A stretch of 63,995 bases of DNA, counting the filler, from Licmophora abbreviata (taxonomy: Eukaryota): the NCBI GenBank assembly GCA_900291995.1. It is 13 parts of 13 records of this genome, joined end to end, with 100 filler letters (N's around TTAATTAATTAA, not from the genome) between each part and the next. Parts side by side here need not be neighbours in the genome. Positions count along the whole stretch, not along the records: positions 1 to 18,331 come from OLMU01006127.1; 12 more parts are not named here. One strand, 5' to 3'. Shown piece by piece: positions 1 to 13,070 of this stretch; position 1 is the stretch's first letter; each line of letters begins with the position of its first letter. A program made the position numbers and the translations under genes. Below the pieces are notes generated by a model, which saw only the letters and a program-made list of their open reading frames with translations, was not told the DNA's origin and ran no database searches.

Positions 1-758
1 ATCCTGATCGCGACCGGTCGATCGGCCTCGACCTCGATGCTGGACATGATGAATGCTCTTCCTGGAGTCAGACTTTCGGGGGAGAATAGCAACTTGATCT
101 ACGGAGTACAGCAGATGCTCAAGTGGCCTTTGAAGGACCAAACAAACTTTATGACTAGACCACCAGGGACGGCGTGGGGCACAACCCGATACGCCAGAGC
201 GATCTCGCCTGTGGGGTTCAAACTGCAATGGAAATGTTCAATCCGCCGCCGCCAGAGACTCAAGAGGATGCACTCTTACTCGAGAGTGACATCCAGAAGA
301 CCATTGTTGGTTTCAAGACGATACGCTTTGATCAGGATTGGAAAAAATTAGATGACGCTGTGACGTTTGTTCGGGACCACTTTCCCTGCTCGAGAATCGT
401 TGTAAATCTCAATTCCGATGTGTCGTCTCAAGCGGAATCCATGAAGGCACTGGGCTGGACAAAGGATAATAAAAGTGCCATTGAAAAGGACCTGGCCGAG
501 AGGAATCGGCGACTTGAATCACTCGTGCAGAAGTTCGGAGAGGGTCAAGCTTTTCTCATGGACACTGCAGTGTTTTCCAGCGACCCTACTGACAGGGGTG
601 TCGCTCGAGTGAACGACCTGGTCCAATGGCTGGGTTTTAAGAACTGCAAGTTCCAACAGCTTCTTCATGCCAACAAGAACCATTCATTGCAAGCCGCGAC
701 TCAACATGTTCACCTGGGTCCAGACTGCCATTACGGAGGCGATTGGAACTCGGTGTAA
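1..758 (+). CDS. Sulfotransferase-like P-loop protein, 5' truncated, with a 1-nt frameshift near 176-179
   Basis: Frame 1 from base 1 reads ILIATGRSASTSMLDMMNALPGV, a PAPS-binding-like motif. It joins ORF 174..758 as W-G-H-N-P if one G is added to the G-run at 176-179. Confidence 0.55.
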
Positions 759-1199
759 TCTGTAGCTACTACGTCAGCAAGAGAAACTGCCTAGTGCGCT
801 GCTCGCGGAGCCGGTTGTTTTATAATAGTATATGTTCATACGAGTGCTCGTTATTTAGGCAATGCCAATCGTCAGCTACACGGCTTGCGAATACCGTATC
901 TCAGAACGGGAAGGGTCTGATCAGGTCTGGTGGGGCCAGGACGGCAAATCCACAGGTATCGCGGTACGGTATCCAAAGGTAAGCTGACTGTCGCGTCGAG
1001 GCGCGCCAAAAATCAAACACAGCAGAGCTGACTGACTCACATTATCTTTGTTCACCGCGGTTGATTCGTTCCGTTTGACTCTTCACTCTGTGTTTTGTGT
1101 TTCCCCCTTCTCTCGGGAACATATTCAATATACCGACAGTATCTGGTACATTCCGTAGCATATCATTGCACTGCAGACTACCAAAAGTAGCTTCTGAAT

Positions 1200-1898
1200 A
1201 TGATTCGACTACGATTGTGGACCTTTCCGTTCATGATATTCATCATGCTGGCACCCATAACAACGGAAGGACTGAGTAAATCATCGTCATCATCCTCATC
1301 CAAGACGTATCGTTACTTTGCCTTCGGGTCCAACGTAGTCCAATCCACCATGACGGCCTTGCGTGAGATTCAGCCTCTGGATGCTTCGGCAGCGGTCTTG
1401 TCAGGCTATCGATTGCGCTTCAACATTGGCGGAATCTTGGATGGGGCAGCAGCATCGGTCGAACGTGCATCACAGGACTGCTGCGTGCATGGTGTACTGT
1501 ACACTTTGACGTCCAGGGACTTTGCGAGAGTCGGCTTGACAGAAGGAGTGCCATTGGCGTATCGATGGGAAAAGTGTCGTGTGGTTCCGTACGTCGGAGA
1601 CGGAAACGATTCGGGAAGAAGGGCTCTTATGGAACAAGATCCATCGTTGGAGGCTTACACACTTGTGGCATCGTCTGCCTTCTTGACGACGACGACGACA
1701 AGGCAACAAGACTCCCGACCCAGTCGTTCGTATCTCGACTTGCTGATTCGGGGCGCCAAGGATTTCAGCATGGACCGGGAGTATGTCGATGTGTTGCAGG
1801 CGACACCGGTGGCCGAAAACTTGATCCCTCGAGACGGCTTCGCAGGCATACTCCTTCGACAAGCAGAGCTGCGTCAGCAGTGGCGTTCAAAGGCATAG
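1200..1898 (+). CDS. Gamma-glutamylcyclotransferase (GGCT/AIG2-like) family protein with signal peptide
   Basis: YFAFGSN motif, GYRLRF, VHGVLY, LTEGV (catalytic Glu position), PSRSYLDLLIRGA; hydrophobic N-terminus. Confidence 0.8.
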   Translation: MIRLRLWTFPFMIFIMLAPITTEGLSKSSSSSSSKTYRYFAFGSNVVQSTMTALREIQPLDASAAVLSGYRLRFNIGGILDGAAASVERASQDCCVHGVLYTLTSRDFARVGLTEGVPLAYRWEKCRVVPYVGDGNDSGRRALMEQDPSLEAYTLVASSAFLTTTTTRQQDSRPSRSYLDLLIRGAKDFSMDREYVDVLQATPVAENLIPRDGFAGILLRQAELRQQWRSKA

Positions 1899-2138
1899 TG
1901 ATAGAGAGACGATGGTCGCCCCCTTCGTTCGATCGGAGCTACCGGTGGATGGGCACAGGCTGTAGGAGAGTCTGAACGACAATGCTCTTCTTTACAAGGA
2001 GTGATTTACAAACCGTCACTTGGCTATATATATTCTGGAATAGAATCGAACATGAACTTAGCTCGGGTTATTGTCGTCATAACGTTAGATAGATTGCAAA
2101 GGCAATACGACACAGGCGAAATAGACGGCTCCCTCCCT

Positions 2139-5021
2139 CTAGATCTGCAATGCAGAAAAGGCCCGAGTCAACCGCAAAAGATCTGCAAAGATCCCTGCTG
2201 CAGCAAGGTCCGGGCCCGCCGCTGCGCCTTTGACAATAAGAGGAGACGACGTGTAGCGGTCCGTTTCGAAAGCGACAAGGTTTTCGTTCGCCCTCAGACG
2301 GTACAACGGATCCGTCCTCGGGACTGCCTCGAGAGAGCACTTGCATTTTCCAGACTCCTTTTCGATCACAAACTTGTAGCGGAGCACCGTATCATCTGCT
2401 TCAGCCGCTCGCAAGCGTTCCAACATTGGCTCGTCCAGGCTCTTAATATCCGCGAGCAGCTGCTCTTTCAAAGTTGCGCGATCTTCCGAATATTCTTTCT
2501 CCACAAGGTCTTTGGAGATTAAGGAATCGACTTCCACGTCTTCGACTTCGACTTCTAGCCCAATTTGTCGCGCGAGGATTACAACCTTGCGTGCCATGTC
2601 CAGACCGCTAAGGTCCTCGCGAAAGTCATTTTCAGCGAATCCCTGATCGACAGCCTGGCGCACTGCCTCCGAAAAAGGATTCGACTCCGAAAAGGAACTC
2701 AGAACGTATGCCATTGTACCGCTGACAGATCCCTTGATTGTTTTGATCTTGTCCCCCGTTTCTTGCAAGTCTCGCATTGTGGTAAGGACAGGAAGAGCGG
2801 CTCCAACACCGCTTTCGAACTGCCAGTTTGCTGCGTTCTCACGTTGTGCCTCGCAAACGTCGCGATAGCAAGCCAACGGGCCAGCGGCGACCTTCCGGTT
2901 AGGACTGATGATATTGATTCCAGAGGAAAGCCAGCGAGAGTAGAAGTCGCGGACCTGTACACTATTGGTACAGTCGATGATGACTCGATGCGGGTTGACG
3001 TCAGCTTCCATGAGTTCTGTGACGGCCTCCAAATCGAAGTCACGAGCCTCTGATCCATCCAGCAGATCAGACAAGACGTCAGGGTCAATATCCAAGCCTT
3101 TGGAATCCTCCCCAAACACCATCTTCGCGGAGCATGCGGCAGCGTTCACCCGCATTTCCACTCCGAGATCGTCCGCAAGCATTTGCGTCTGCCCCTGCAG
3201 TTGCTGTACAAGAGCCGAGCCCACATGGCCTGTAACGCCGAGAATCGCCAGACTTGTGGTTGTCTCGGAGAGTGTAAAGGCCATGTGCGCAGCTCGAAGT
3301 GCACGTGAAGTATCATCTCCATTCACCACCACAGCGATCTGTCGCTCGGACGATCCTTGCGCTATGAGGCGAATATTGACGTTTGCCCTGGAAAGGGAGC
3401 TCATGAAGGTGGCTGATACGCCACTGTTCATCGCCATTCCTTCCCCGACAATCGCGACAATGGCCATACCAGAAATCAACGACAACGAGTTGACTCTTGA
3501 GCGTGCAAGCTCTAACTCGAACGCGTTCTGGAGGGCCTGCAGAGCAGCTTCGCCTTCATTTTCCGGTACGGCAACACAAATGGACGATTCGCTACTCGCT
3601 TGGGTAATGATGAGGACATTGATACCACTATCGGCCATCGCTCCCATGAATCGCTCGGCGACACTGGCCCCACCGATGACAGACGCACCCTCAAGGGTGA
3701 CAAGAGCAATCTTGTCCACGGATGTGATGCCCTTGATAGGGATTTCACCCGTCCTCGAACGCCAATGCTTCACCTTCGATCCGCTGTCTACTTCCTTGAG
3801 AGACGGACTGCGCCCCTGAATTACAGTACCCTCAAATTCAGGATTGAATATGTTGCGTACATAGACTGGGATAGAATCATCAATACACGGTACCATGGCC
3901 GAGGGGTGCAGTACCTGTGCTCCAAAGTATGCGAGCTCCATGGCTTCATCGTATTTTAAGGATTTCATGGGAAAGGCTTCGGGCACACGCCGAGGGTCCG
4001 CAGTGTAGACTCCATCTGTATTCTTCCACATGGTGACCCGTCCCGCACCCACGAGCTTGGCAAAGACTGTAGCCGAGTAATCTGAGCCCGACCGCTTGAG
4101 CGTCGTGGGCACACCTTCCAATGTACTTGCCACAAAACCCGTCACGACAAGGATTGGAGAGGACTTGGTGTAGTCGAGATCCAGAAAGCCCGCATCTTTT
4201 CCCACGCTATTCCACCACTTGTACATGCGTGACGCTGTCTCGGCCCAAAGAGGAGTCACTCCACCGGTGGACGCCTCACCTTTCTCACCGAGTCCTGCAC
4301 TGTCTGACTTGACGACGAGTACTTCCCTGGCATCGATCCAATCGCAGGGAACGCCCTTGGTCTGTAAATAGACATGCAAGGTTTGCGCACTCCAGATTTC
4401 ACCAAAGCCAGTGACAACTTCCATAGTGACAGCTGGAACACTCTTGATCATCTTTAGCGACTGTACCACACTGAGAATATCCTTGGCGTCGTTCCGAAGA
4501 CGAGCTTCTACCGGATCTGTAATTTCCCGTGGAGCCAGCTCCCGGAGCAGCCCAATCTGTCCTTCAACAGCCTCCTCGAGAATATCATGTGCCATATCGA
4601 AGTCAACTACAGCCGAGTCCACTACTTTCACCAGCATATCCGTCATGCCTCCTCTCGCCGAAACAATGGCCATGGTAGGAATGGAACCACCGCCATCACG
4701 CCCCCCTGCTTCCTGAATAAGCAAGTCTCCAACTCGCTTGTAGAGTTCAGCAGTAGCAAGAGACGCCCCTCCAAACTTGTGAACTTCCCAAGCATTCGAA
4801 GATCCCTTGGGAGAAGTTATGCTTTCCAAATCCTCCTCCGACACGACATCCGCCGGTGTCGTCGCGAATGTTGGCACCAAACTTTTTCTCGCTACAAACG
4901 GGTGACCAACGACGACCCCTGTTGCGGAGAACGCATTCGTAGTCTGCTTCAAGCCCAGTACACAGAGGACAGTGACGAAGAAAGACCCGCGAGGCATTCT
5001 GGTTGCCGTCCTTGTCATCAT
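2139..5021 (-). CDS. AK-HSDH: Bifunctional aspartokinase/homoserine dehydrogenase, probably plastid-targeted
   Basis: VHKFGGASL, TTLKRSGSDYSA, DGVYTADPR, ELAYFGAQVLHP, two ACT repeats, GVTGHVG, ESGVGAALPV, DLSGLDMARK. Signal peptide followed by TNAFSA. Start likely at 5021, 5018 or 4997 rather than 5204. Confidence 0.95.
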   Translation of the reverse strand: MMTRTATRMPRGSFFVTVLCVLGLKQTTNAFSATGVVVGHPFVARKSLVPTFATTPADVVSEEDLESITSPKGSSNAWEVHKFGGASLATAELYKRVGDLLIQEAGGRDGGGSIPTMAIVSARGGMTDMLVKVVDSAVVDFDMAHDILEEAVEGQIGLLRELAPREITDPVEARLRNDAKDILSVVQSLKMIKSVPAVTMEVVTGFGEIWSAQTLHVYLQTKGVPCDWIDAREVLVVKSDSAGLGEKGEASTGGVTPLWAETASRMYKWWNSVGKDAGFLDLDYTKSSPILVVTGFVASTLEGVPTTLKRSGSDYSATVFAKLVGAGRVTMWKNTDGVYTADPRRVPEAFPMKSLKYDEAMELAYFGAQVLHPSAMVPCIDDSIPVYVRNIFNPEFEGTVIQGRSPSLKEVDSGSKVKHWRSRTGEIPIKGITSVDKIALVTLEGASVIGGASVAERFMGAMADSGINVLIITQASSESSICVAVPENEGEAALQALQNAFELELARSRVNSLSLISGMAIVAIVGEGMAMNSGVSATFMSSLSRANVNIRLIAQGSSERQIAVVVNGDDTSRALRAAHMAFTLSETTTSLAILGVTGHVGSALVQQLQGQTQMLADDLGVEMRVNAAACSAKMVFGEDSKGLDIDPDVLSDLLDGSEARDFDLEAVTELMEADVNPHRVIIDCTNSVQVRDFYSRWLSSGINIISPNRKVAAGPLACYRDVCEAQRENAANWQFESGVGAALPVLTTMRDLQETGDKIKTIKGSVSGTMAYVLSSFSESNPFSEAVRQAVDQGFAENDFREDLSGLDMARKVVILARQIGLEVEVEDVEVDSLISKDLVEKEYSEDRATLKEQLLADIKSLDEPMLERLRAAEADDTVLRYKFVIEKESGKCKCSLEAVPRTDPLYRLRANENLVAFETDRYTSSPLIVKGAAAGPDLAAAGIFADLLRLTRAFSALQI

Positions 5022-5599
5022 GGTACACAACGTGAGTGGTAGTGTGTGTTTTTGTTTTTTGGTGGTTGGTGGGCACCAAAATTGCGCGAGGGTGCAACCA
5101 ACGTACGCGTTTGTATCATATCTTACGGGACTGGAAGGCGTGACTCGACTGGACTCGAAGGATTCGTGACTGAGTCGAAGCACTGTTTCGAAACTGGGAC
5201 GCACTCATTCCTATCATCATATTGTTGCCTTATTAATGGACCTAGTCAAGGGCAGAAAGCCAATGCGGGATACAGTAGTAGGTAGCATGAGATCACCGAT
5301 CACCACACGTTCAACGTTCGAATCAATCCATTGTACCTCCGTCGTGATGATGTGAGAGCTAAAACAGCCGATATTAGTTCATCGTGGACCGCGTAGGTAC
5401 TGTGTGTGATCGTCCTGCCTTTGTACGGCGTGCAAAGATTTTAAGATTTTGGCTGGCACCGGATTTTCTGATTTTCTGCTTCAACACAAATCTGAAATTC
5501 CAAACATTGGAGATGAAAGAGCACTGATGTCTCATTGAAATGAACCTTGCCGCAAGGAAAACTCTCTTGTGATTCTCTTTCTCGGCCATTGCGGAAAGC

Positions 5600-8500
5600 A
5601 TGACTCCTACTGTGCAGAGTCGAATACGGCGACGACGACCCTTCCGCTGTTGCGCCAGTCTTTCTGTGTCAGCCTTCCTGCTGTTCTCGCTAGTTCTCCT
5701 GATAGTGTCCGCTGCCGCAGCTGTTACGATTCAGGAGCGTAAAATTCCATCGAACGAAGACTCTGGGATACAGATCGTGCGGAAGAAGAACAGTCCTGAT
5801 GCGGAGGAAGGCGACAATGAGGTTCTGGATCTCGATGACGACAACGGCAGCTCCTCCACGAGTAGTAGTACTATTGCGAAACGGTACAGCACGGATACTT
5901 CCCTACAAACTACTGCAACCACCGATCTAGAACTCCTCGAACAGCTCGTCGAACAACGACTGGGGAGTGACGATACGACAGAAGATGGCATCTTTGATCC
6001 ACTCTCGGCCGACCCTAGCTGTAGGGACGGCGACGATGGGGGCAATCAAGACGAATGCTGGGAACCACCGACATCGACCATGGAACAAATTACGATTGAT
6101 GCCACGTGCTTGAAGGGAGGAGAGGATCCCTCCGAAGAACAGTGTATTCCAGGAAGCAAACAGAATCTTTTTGTCGATAAGCATTGGGGGTCCGACACCA
6201 CCATACTGCAGATGCGCGATCGCCTTCGCTCTGCTGGCAGTGGTAAGACCAAGCAGAACAATCGCCCGCCGGTCTTCTTAATGCCGGGACTGGCGTCGAC
6301 GAGATTGGTGTCGTGGCGACACAAGTCGTGTCCGCAGCATCCCTTGTTGAGTGATATCAAGGTACAAGATTACGTGTGGCTAAATATCAATCTGGTCATT
6401 CAGATGGGAGCGGTCCATGTCGATTGTATGAAGGAATGTATGCGACTTGGTCTCAATCAGACGGACAACGATGATTTGAGTATTGGGTGCAAGTTACGAC
6501 CCGACGAAGGCTTGGATGCAATAAGTTCATTGGCGCCTGGTGGGATCGGTAGTCAGTTGCTAGTCGGAGGCACCAACACAGTGTATGCATGGCTCATTCA
6601 GTGGCTTGCCGACAATCTGGGATACGATGTCGGCAACATCATTGGACTGCCCTATGACTGGCGACTATCCCCGGATATCATGGAGAGTCGCGACGGATAC
6701 TTGACACTCACGCGTCGAAGAATCGAGGCGGCTGTCAAGTCCAATGGCGAACCTGGAATCATGGTGGCACACAGCATGGGCAATACCATCTTTCGATACT
6801 TCTTGGCGTGGCTGCGACAAGAAATGCGCGATGAGGCATATCAGAGATATGTCAAGCAGGCACAGAAGCGAAACAAGGCGCGTATGCACAGCGCATATGG
6901 ACTGTCGGAAGATGCTGCTTCTCCTAGCGAATCGTTCTTGCCTGGATGGATGTCGGGCGCCTTTTCGTCCTTTGATGAGTGGTGGAATGTATACTTTGCG
7001 GCGAACCAATTGGAACAACAACAGAACGATGAAATGAGCAAGGAAAAGTTTGCCCAATTGTGGGAACTCGCGCAGATTGAGGGAGATGCGAACTACATCG
7101 AATGGTTGGAAGCGCACATTTGGACATACGTCGGTCTGTCGGCGCCGTTGCTGGGAGCGGTGAACCCTCTTCGAGCAGTTATTAGCGGTGAAAATATGGG
7201 ACTGCCCATTACCGACGAGGCTGCTCGAGTTATGGAGCTAAGTAAGTCATGTTTGTGTCCCTGGATTCTGGATGGAGGGACCGCGCCTCATGTTCGCTGT
7301 CTTCCTATTCTTGTTCGGATCCATTTCAGCGTTCGGATCGACTCATACGGTTAATCCCATATCATCCAAGCTGGCCTTCTGCGATCAATGGGAGGCGGAC
7401 GATTGGGGAGAAGAGCCATCTCCAGAGGAGGCCAAGACTCGCCAGGACTTGTTTTGCTTGGACGATCTCATGAATGAGATTGAGAATAGTCAACCAGGTC
7501 GGGATCCCTGGGAGAGCTTTCCAGTGCTGAAGATGCTTCTGAAGGATCGAGCCGACTGGGACACAGCCTTCCCCATGATACAGATTATCGAGGAGACTTG
7601 CGAGATTAAAGAAAAGCCTCCGTGTGCTTCCAATGTAACCACCAATATGGGCCCCCGAGAGGCCCAGACCGGGGAGCTCTTCAAGAAGTTCACCAGTATC
7701 TGGAAAGAAAGGGATGAGCCGTTGGCGGTCAAGTTTGAGCAGCTACGCGAGTCATTCTGGGATACAAATGTACCGAATATTTTGGCTCAAACATGGGAGT
7801 AAGTTGTTAGTGTCTGATGCAGCACCATCTCTCCGTATGCGATATCAGACCCATTAGAGTTGACTCTCATCCTATTTGAACTTTCCTTCACATTTCAGCC
7901 GACCTCACATAAAGCACGTTATAATGGCATACGGAGTCGATGTACCGACTGAAGTGGGATACGTGTATCGGAAACGTGACATCGTAGACGAAGGCGCGAA
8001 GGTGAAGAAAGCGGATGAGTACGACGGTGTTCCCAATCTTGAAAGAGTAATTTGGGAGGACACTCACGGCGACCTAACGGTAGAGCGCTTGGATGCTGTC
8101 CGAGGAAAGTCCATCACCGAATCCATTGTGAGAAGAAAGGTCAAACGTGAGGCGCTGAAAACCGATAGGCGGTTGCAGCACAGCGGCGACGGAACCATCC
8201 CGTACTTATCGCTTTCTTGGGCTCATACGTGGCTTCTTCACGGGATTCGAGCACGTCGCTATTCTGAAGGAGAGCAACCAGGCGCGAATGCACTTGATCA
8301 TATCGAGGTCAGCCATCGTCCAACAGGCGAGCTTGAGTGGGTGCAAGGCCCACCGCCCAACATCACAATTGTCGACGACAGAAAGAAAAGCCCGGAAGAC
8401 GGTGATACGGGGACATCACACCCCCACGGAACCAAGTACAAACCAGAAATGGTGAGATTTCACAATATGGGAAAGTCTCGCAAGACCGGTATGGAGTACT

Positions 8501-8713
8501 CAACCACAGTTATTGAGGCTATCGGGGTTGAACACAAAGAAACGACAAGGTATGTTTGACTGCTCGTGGTTTGTGTCGGTATGGTCTCGCCACTACAGGA
8601 ATTGACAGCTGAACTGTTTTCGCCCCCACGTTGTACACAGAAACTACGATATACTTGCTGCCGTCTTCACGGATGTACTGAAACACATGCATGCCGATTT
8701 CGGGCTTGTATAG
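5600..8713 (+). CDS. LCAT/PDAT-family acyltransferase, 4 exons
   Basis: PVFLMPGLASTRL, PYDWRL, AHSMG (Ser), GDGTIPYLSL (Asp), EHKE (His). GT-AG introns 7242-7329, 7799-7898 and 8550-8640 restore one frame ending in TAG at 8711-8713. Confidence 0.85.
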
Positions 8714-8825
8714 CTTATGCTAATGGTAGATACTGCTTAAATATGATATTGTTTTAGCAGGCACGTGTGCTGCACCACCTGGTCATGAAAGGCAACTGGT
8801 AAACATGTAGTAGGCATGTCGTGGC

Positions 8826-11800
8826 TTAATCGCGTTCATAATTGAGAATTGGAGAAAGCCAACGTTCCATAACTGAAAGCTCCATGCTCTTCCGCGAAGC
8901 GTAACTCTCGACCTGATCCTTGCCAACCTGTCCAACGGCGAAGTACTGGGACTCTGGGTGAGCGAACACAAGGGCACTGACGGAGCTCGCCGGCATCATA
9001 CTGAGACTTTCGCTCAACTCCATTCCTGCAAGCTCCTTAGCCTTGATCAAGTCCCACATGGCACGCTTCTCCGTGTGGTCGGGCTGCGATGGATAGCCAG
9101 GGGCGGGGCGAATCCCATCGTACTTAATCTTCAGAAGGTCGGCTTCGTCGAGCTGCTCGTCTGGAGCGTAGCCCCACATATCTGTCCGGATTTCGCGATG
9201 GAGATATTCTGCAAAAGCCTCAACGAAACGGTCGGCAAGGGCTTGTGCCATGATCTTCGAGTAGTCGTCATGTTGACTCTCATACTTGGACACAAGATCA
9301 TCACACCCAAAGCAAGCGACAGCGAACATTCCCAGATGGTCTTTGTACCCGGCAGGTGCAATGAAGTCAGCCTGGCTCAAGTACGGATCGTCAGACTCCT
9401 TTTCTGCCTGCTGCCGGAGCATGCAGAACGTCGCCGTTGGACTGCCCGAAGCGCGGGCCTCCTCTGTCTCATAAATGTTGACATCCTCCCCGTCTCCGCT
9501 GCGATTGGCAGGAAAGAGGCCAACAACGCCCTTGAGAGTCATGCTCCCGTTCGCAACGACCTCATTCAGCATTGTCTGGGCATCATCAAACAATTTCTTT
9601 GCCTCGGAACCAACTGTGTCATCGTTAAAGATCTTAGGATAACCTCTGTTCGGGTAGCGGCCTCTCAATTCCCAAGTCTGGAAGAAAGGATTCTGTCGGG
9701 AAGGTAAGGCGAAGAGGGTGAGGGTGCGAATCTGCAATATCTGAAGACGAACAATAGATAGATAGATCATCCTTACCCAGTCAATGTATGGAATGACGTC
9801 CGAGATCTGGACACTGTCGATGACAGAAATGCCCACTTTATTCGGCGCAGGAGCAGGAGGCGTTGAGTCAAAATCGATCTTGAGACTCTGGTTCTTAGCT
9901 TGCTCAAACGTCAAGAAGTATCTGTCTTCCAGCCCGGCATAGTAGTCTTCGCGCATTTCATCGTACTCTTCCATAATGTCCTCCACAAATTCTTCTTTGT
10001 TCTCGCCCAGTAGAGACGACACAACTGTTACAGAACGAGAAGCGTCGAGAACATGGATGACTGGATGCTCGAGTGTGAAATAGTTTGGCGTGATCTTGAC
10101 GGCGGTGTGCATCTTCGAGGTTGTAGCGCCGCCAATCAACAGAGGCTGTGTGAAGCCTGCTTTCGACATTTCTTTGGCGACAACGACCATCTCGTCCAAC
10201 GATGGTGTGATCAATCCAGAAAGACCGATGACATCCACGTCATACTCTTTGGCTTTCTCAAGAATTTTCTCGCATGAGCACATGACTCCGATATCATACA
10301 CTTTGAAGTTGTTACAGCCCAAGACAACAGCAACGATATTTTTCCCAATGTCATGAACGTCTCCCTTCACAGTTGCCATTAGTACTTTTCCTGTTTCCCA
10401 GAGCGCAAGACTGGTAAGGTTTCGGGGTAAAAACAAAACAAATCCATACACACGAATCGTACCTGCGTAATTGGAATCATCGTTCTCGTTAAAGTCCTCA
10501 GGATTTAATCCCTTGGCAATCATCGCCTCCTTTTTTTCTTCTTCCATGAACGGCAGCAAATAGGCCACAGCCTTCTTCATCACTCGAGCACTCTTGATGA
10601 CTTGAGGAAGAAACATCTTCCCGGCACCAAAGAGATCTCCAACAACGTTCATGCCATCCATGAGCGGTCCTTCAATTACTTCAAGTGGCTTGCTGCACAT
10701 CAGACGTGCTTCCTCGACATCCTTGACAACAAACTCGGAAATTCCGTTGACCAACGCGTGCTCCAAGCGCTTCTTAGCTTCCAGATCCCGCCATGACTTC
10801 TCCTTGATCTTAGTGGCACCACCGCCCTTCTTTCGCGCTTCGATTGCTTGGCGTTCTTTCTGAGTCAATTCCAACATGGCATCCGTCGCGTCCGACGACT
10901 TGTTAAAAACAAGGTCGTCGCAGGCTTTAAGTAGCTCTGGTTCGACCTCGCTAAGCATCAACATTTCCTTAGCGTTGACAATACCAACGTCCATGCCGGA
11001 CTCCAGAATTGCGTGGTGCAAGAACACCGCATGAATCGATTCGCGGATCTTCGTGACACCACGGAAGCCGAACGACAAGTTTGATATGCCCCCACTGATC
11101 TTCACATAAGGACACTCCTCCTTGATCGTCTTGCACGCATTGATGAAGTCCACGCCGTAGTTCGCGTGCTCTTCCATGCCCGTTCCGATAGTCAGAACGT
11201 TCGGGTCGAACACAATGTCCTCAGGCGGAAAGCCGACTTCTTGGACCAGAATGTCGTACGAACGCTTGCAAATGCGCACCTTCTCCGACTCAGTCGCCGC
11301 CTGGCCTTCTTCATCGAAAGCCATCACGACAACTGCCGCACCGTGCTTTTTCAGCAAAGTCGCTTGCTCCTTGAACAGCTCCTCACCGACCTTCAGAGAA
11401 ATCGAGTTCACGATACTCTTGCCCTGGCACCACTTCAAACCAGCAAGCACAATCTCAAACTTAGACGCGTCGAGCATGAACGGAACCTTGGAGACCTCTG
11501 GCTCCGTCACAGCGATCTTCACAAACTTCTGCATCGCGGCAAGCCCATCAAGCATGCCGTCGTCAACATTGATATCGATCACGTGGGCGCCGTCTTCGAC
11601 CTGCTGCTTCGCAATGTCCATCGCCGTCGCGTAGTCACCGGCCATCATTAGCTTCTTGAACTTCAGAGAGCCCGAGATATTGCATCGCTCGCCAACATTC
11701 AAGAAAGGCAAGCCCAGGTGGTTGTGCACGTCGTCCACCACCAAATCTTCCAGACCTGACAGCCACATCTTCGGGCGCCCGATGTCCGGGAGTTTGCGTG

Positions 11801-13070
11801 GCGAGTACTTCTCTGACATTTCACGAATAGCCTTGATGTGTGGAGGCGTCGACCCGCAGCATCCGCCCACCATGTTCAGCCAGCCGTTCTCAAAGAAGAC
11901 CTTGTTGTTTTCAGCCATGTCTGCAGGCGTCTCGTCGTACCCACCCATCGCATTTGGAAGACCAGCATTCGAGTACACGTGCATGAAACACTCCACACAC
12001 TTGGCAAGCCGCTCCACGAACGGTGTCATGTGCTGCGCTCCCAAGGCGCAGTTCAGCCCCACACACATCGGCCTCGCGTGACGGATCGACGCGTAGAATG
12101 CTTCACCCGTCTGTCCAGAGAGAGTCCGGCCCGACTGGTCAACAAGCGTACCCGACACAAACACAGGAATGTCCAGACCACTAAACTCCAGGTACTCTCC
12201 CACAGCGTACAAAGCTGCCTTGGCGTTCAGAGTGTCGAAGATCGTCTCCACCATGAGAATATCCGAGCCACCATCGACCAGGCCCACCACCTGCTCAAAG
12301 TAAGTCTCCACCAGCTCATCAAAGGTCACGTTACGCGCCGACGGGTCCTCCACAGACGGAGAAATTGACCCCGTACGGTTCGTCGGTCCGATAGCACCCA
12401 CCACGAACCGCGGCTTCGTCGGGTCCTTGGCCGTCACCTTGTCACATGCCTCGCGAGCCAGACGAGCACCCTCGTAGTTCAGCTCGTACGCGTAAGACTC
12501 CATGTTGTAATCAGCCATGGCGATGGTCGTGGACGAGAACGTGTTGGTCCCGATAAGGTTCGACCCGCCCTCTTCCAAATACTGTGTGTAGATACCGCTG
12601 ATGATGTGAGGCTGGGAAATGCTCAACATGTCGTTGTTGCCCTTCACATTGCAGTCCCAGTCCTTGAAGCGGTCACCGCGGTACTCTTCTTCTTCCAGCT
12701 TGTTCTTCTTGGCGTAATTCTGAATCATCGTGCCCATAGCTCCGTCATAAATAGCAATCTGAGACGTAAACAAAGACGTAATGTACTCGCGAAGACTATC
12801 GCGGCCGCGCACAAAGTGAGGGAACGACTCGGGATACAGACCAGTGGGCTGGGCGTAGTCGAGGTTGATATCTTTGCCTGCGGTTGTCGCCTTGGCCCGA
12901 ATGGCCTGGATCTTTTCATGTGCCAGCTTGGTGTTCAGGTAGGGGTTGGGGACGTGATTCCGCGCGACCTCCGACGTTGGAAGAGGGGGCTCCGTTGCCG
13001 GCTTTGGTTCCACGTCGTCGTACGGGAATTTCATCCGGGGATAGAGCTTCTCTGGTGTCTTCGGCGACAT
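8826..13070 (-). CDS. METH: Cobalamin-dependent methionine synthase
   Basis: [44 protein letters not shown] (B12-binding DxHxxG), GIRPAPGYP. Two stop-free in-frame introns, 10391-10462 (72 nt) and 9693-9776 (84 nt), explain the inserts in the ORF track. Confidence 0.97.
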   Translation of the reverse strand: MSPKTPEKLYPRMKFPYDDVEPKPATEPPLPTSEVARNHVPNPYLNTKLAHEKIQAIRAKATTAGKDINLDYAQPTGLYPESFPHFVRGRDSLREYITSLFTSQIAIYDGAMGTMIQNYAKKNKLEEEEYRGDRFKDWDCNVKGNNDMLSISQPHIISGIYTQYLEEGGSNLIGTNTFSSTTIAMADYNMESYAYELNYEGARLAREACDKVTAKDPTKPRFVVGAIGPTNRTGSISPSVEDPSARNVTFDELVETYFEQVVGLVDGGSDILMVETIFDTLNAKAALYAVGEYLEFSGLDIPVFVSGTLVDQSGRTLSGQTGEAFYASIRHARPMCVGLNCALGAQHMTPFVERLAKCVECFMHVYSNAGLPNAMGGYDETPADMAENNKVFFENGWLNMVGGCCGSTPPHIKAIREMSEKYSPRKLPDIGRPKMWLSGLEDLVVDDVHNHLGLPFLNVGERCNISGSLKFKKLMMAGDYATAMDIAKQQVEDGAHVIDINVDDGMLDGLAAMQKFVKIAVTEPEVSKVPFMLDASKFEIVLAGLKWCQGKSIVNSISLKVGEELFKEQATLLKKHGAAVVVMAFDEEGQAATESEKVRICKRSYDILVQEVGFPPEDIVFDPNVLTIGTGMEEHANYGVDFINACKTIKEECPYVKISGGISNLSFGFRGVTKIRESIHAVFLHHAILESGMDVGIVNAKEMLMLSEVEPELLKACDDLVFNKSSDATDAMLELTQKERQAIEARKKGGGATKIKEKSWRDLEAKKRLEHALVNGISEFVVKDVEEARLMCSKPLEVIEGPLMDGMNVVGDLFGAGKMFLPQVIKSARVMKKAVAYLLPFMEEEKKEAMIAKGLNPEDFNENDDSNYAGTIRVYGFVLFLPRNLTSLALWETGKVLMATVKGDVHDIGKNIVAVVLGCNNFKVYDIGVMCSCEKILEKAKEYDVDVIGLSGLITPSLDEMVVVAKEMSKAGFTQPLLIGGATTSKMHTAVKITPNYFTLEHPVIHVLDASRSVTVVSSLLGENKEEFVEDIMEEYDEMREDYYAGLEDRYFLTFEQAKNQSLKIDFDSTPPAPAPNKVGISVIDSVQISDVIPYIDWVRMIYLSIVRLQILQIRTLTLFALPSRQNPFFQTWELRGRYPNRGYPKIFNDDTVGSEAKKLFDDAQTMLNEVVANGSMTLKGVVGLFPANRSGDGEDVNIYETEEARASGSPTATFCMLRQQAEKESDDPYLSQADFIAPAGYKDHLGMFAVACFGCDDLVSKYESQHDDYSKIMAQALADRFVEAFAEYLHREIRTDMWGYAPDEQLDEADLLKIKYDGIRPAPGYPSQPDHTEKRAMWDLIKAKELAGMELSESLSMMPASSVSALVFAHPESQYFAVGQVGKDQVESYASRKSMELSVMERWLSPILNYERD

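Noticed and set aside
9693..10462. Novel peptide insertions in METH
   Set aside because: They are stop-free GT-AG introns of 72 and 84 nt.
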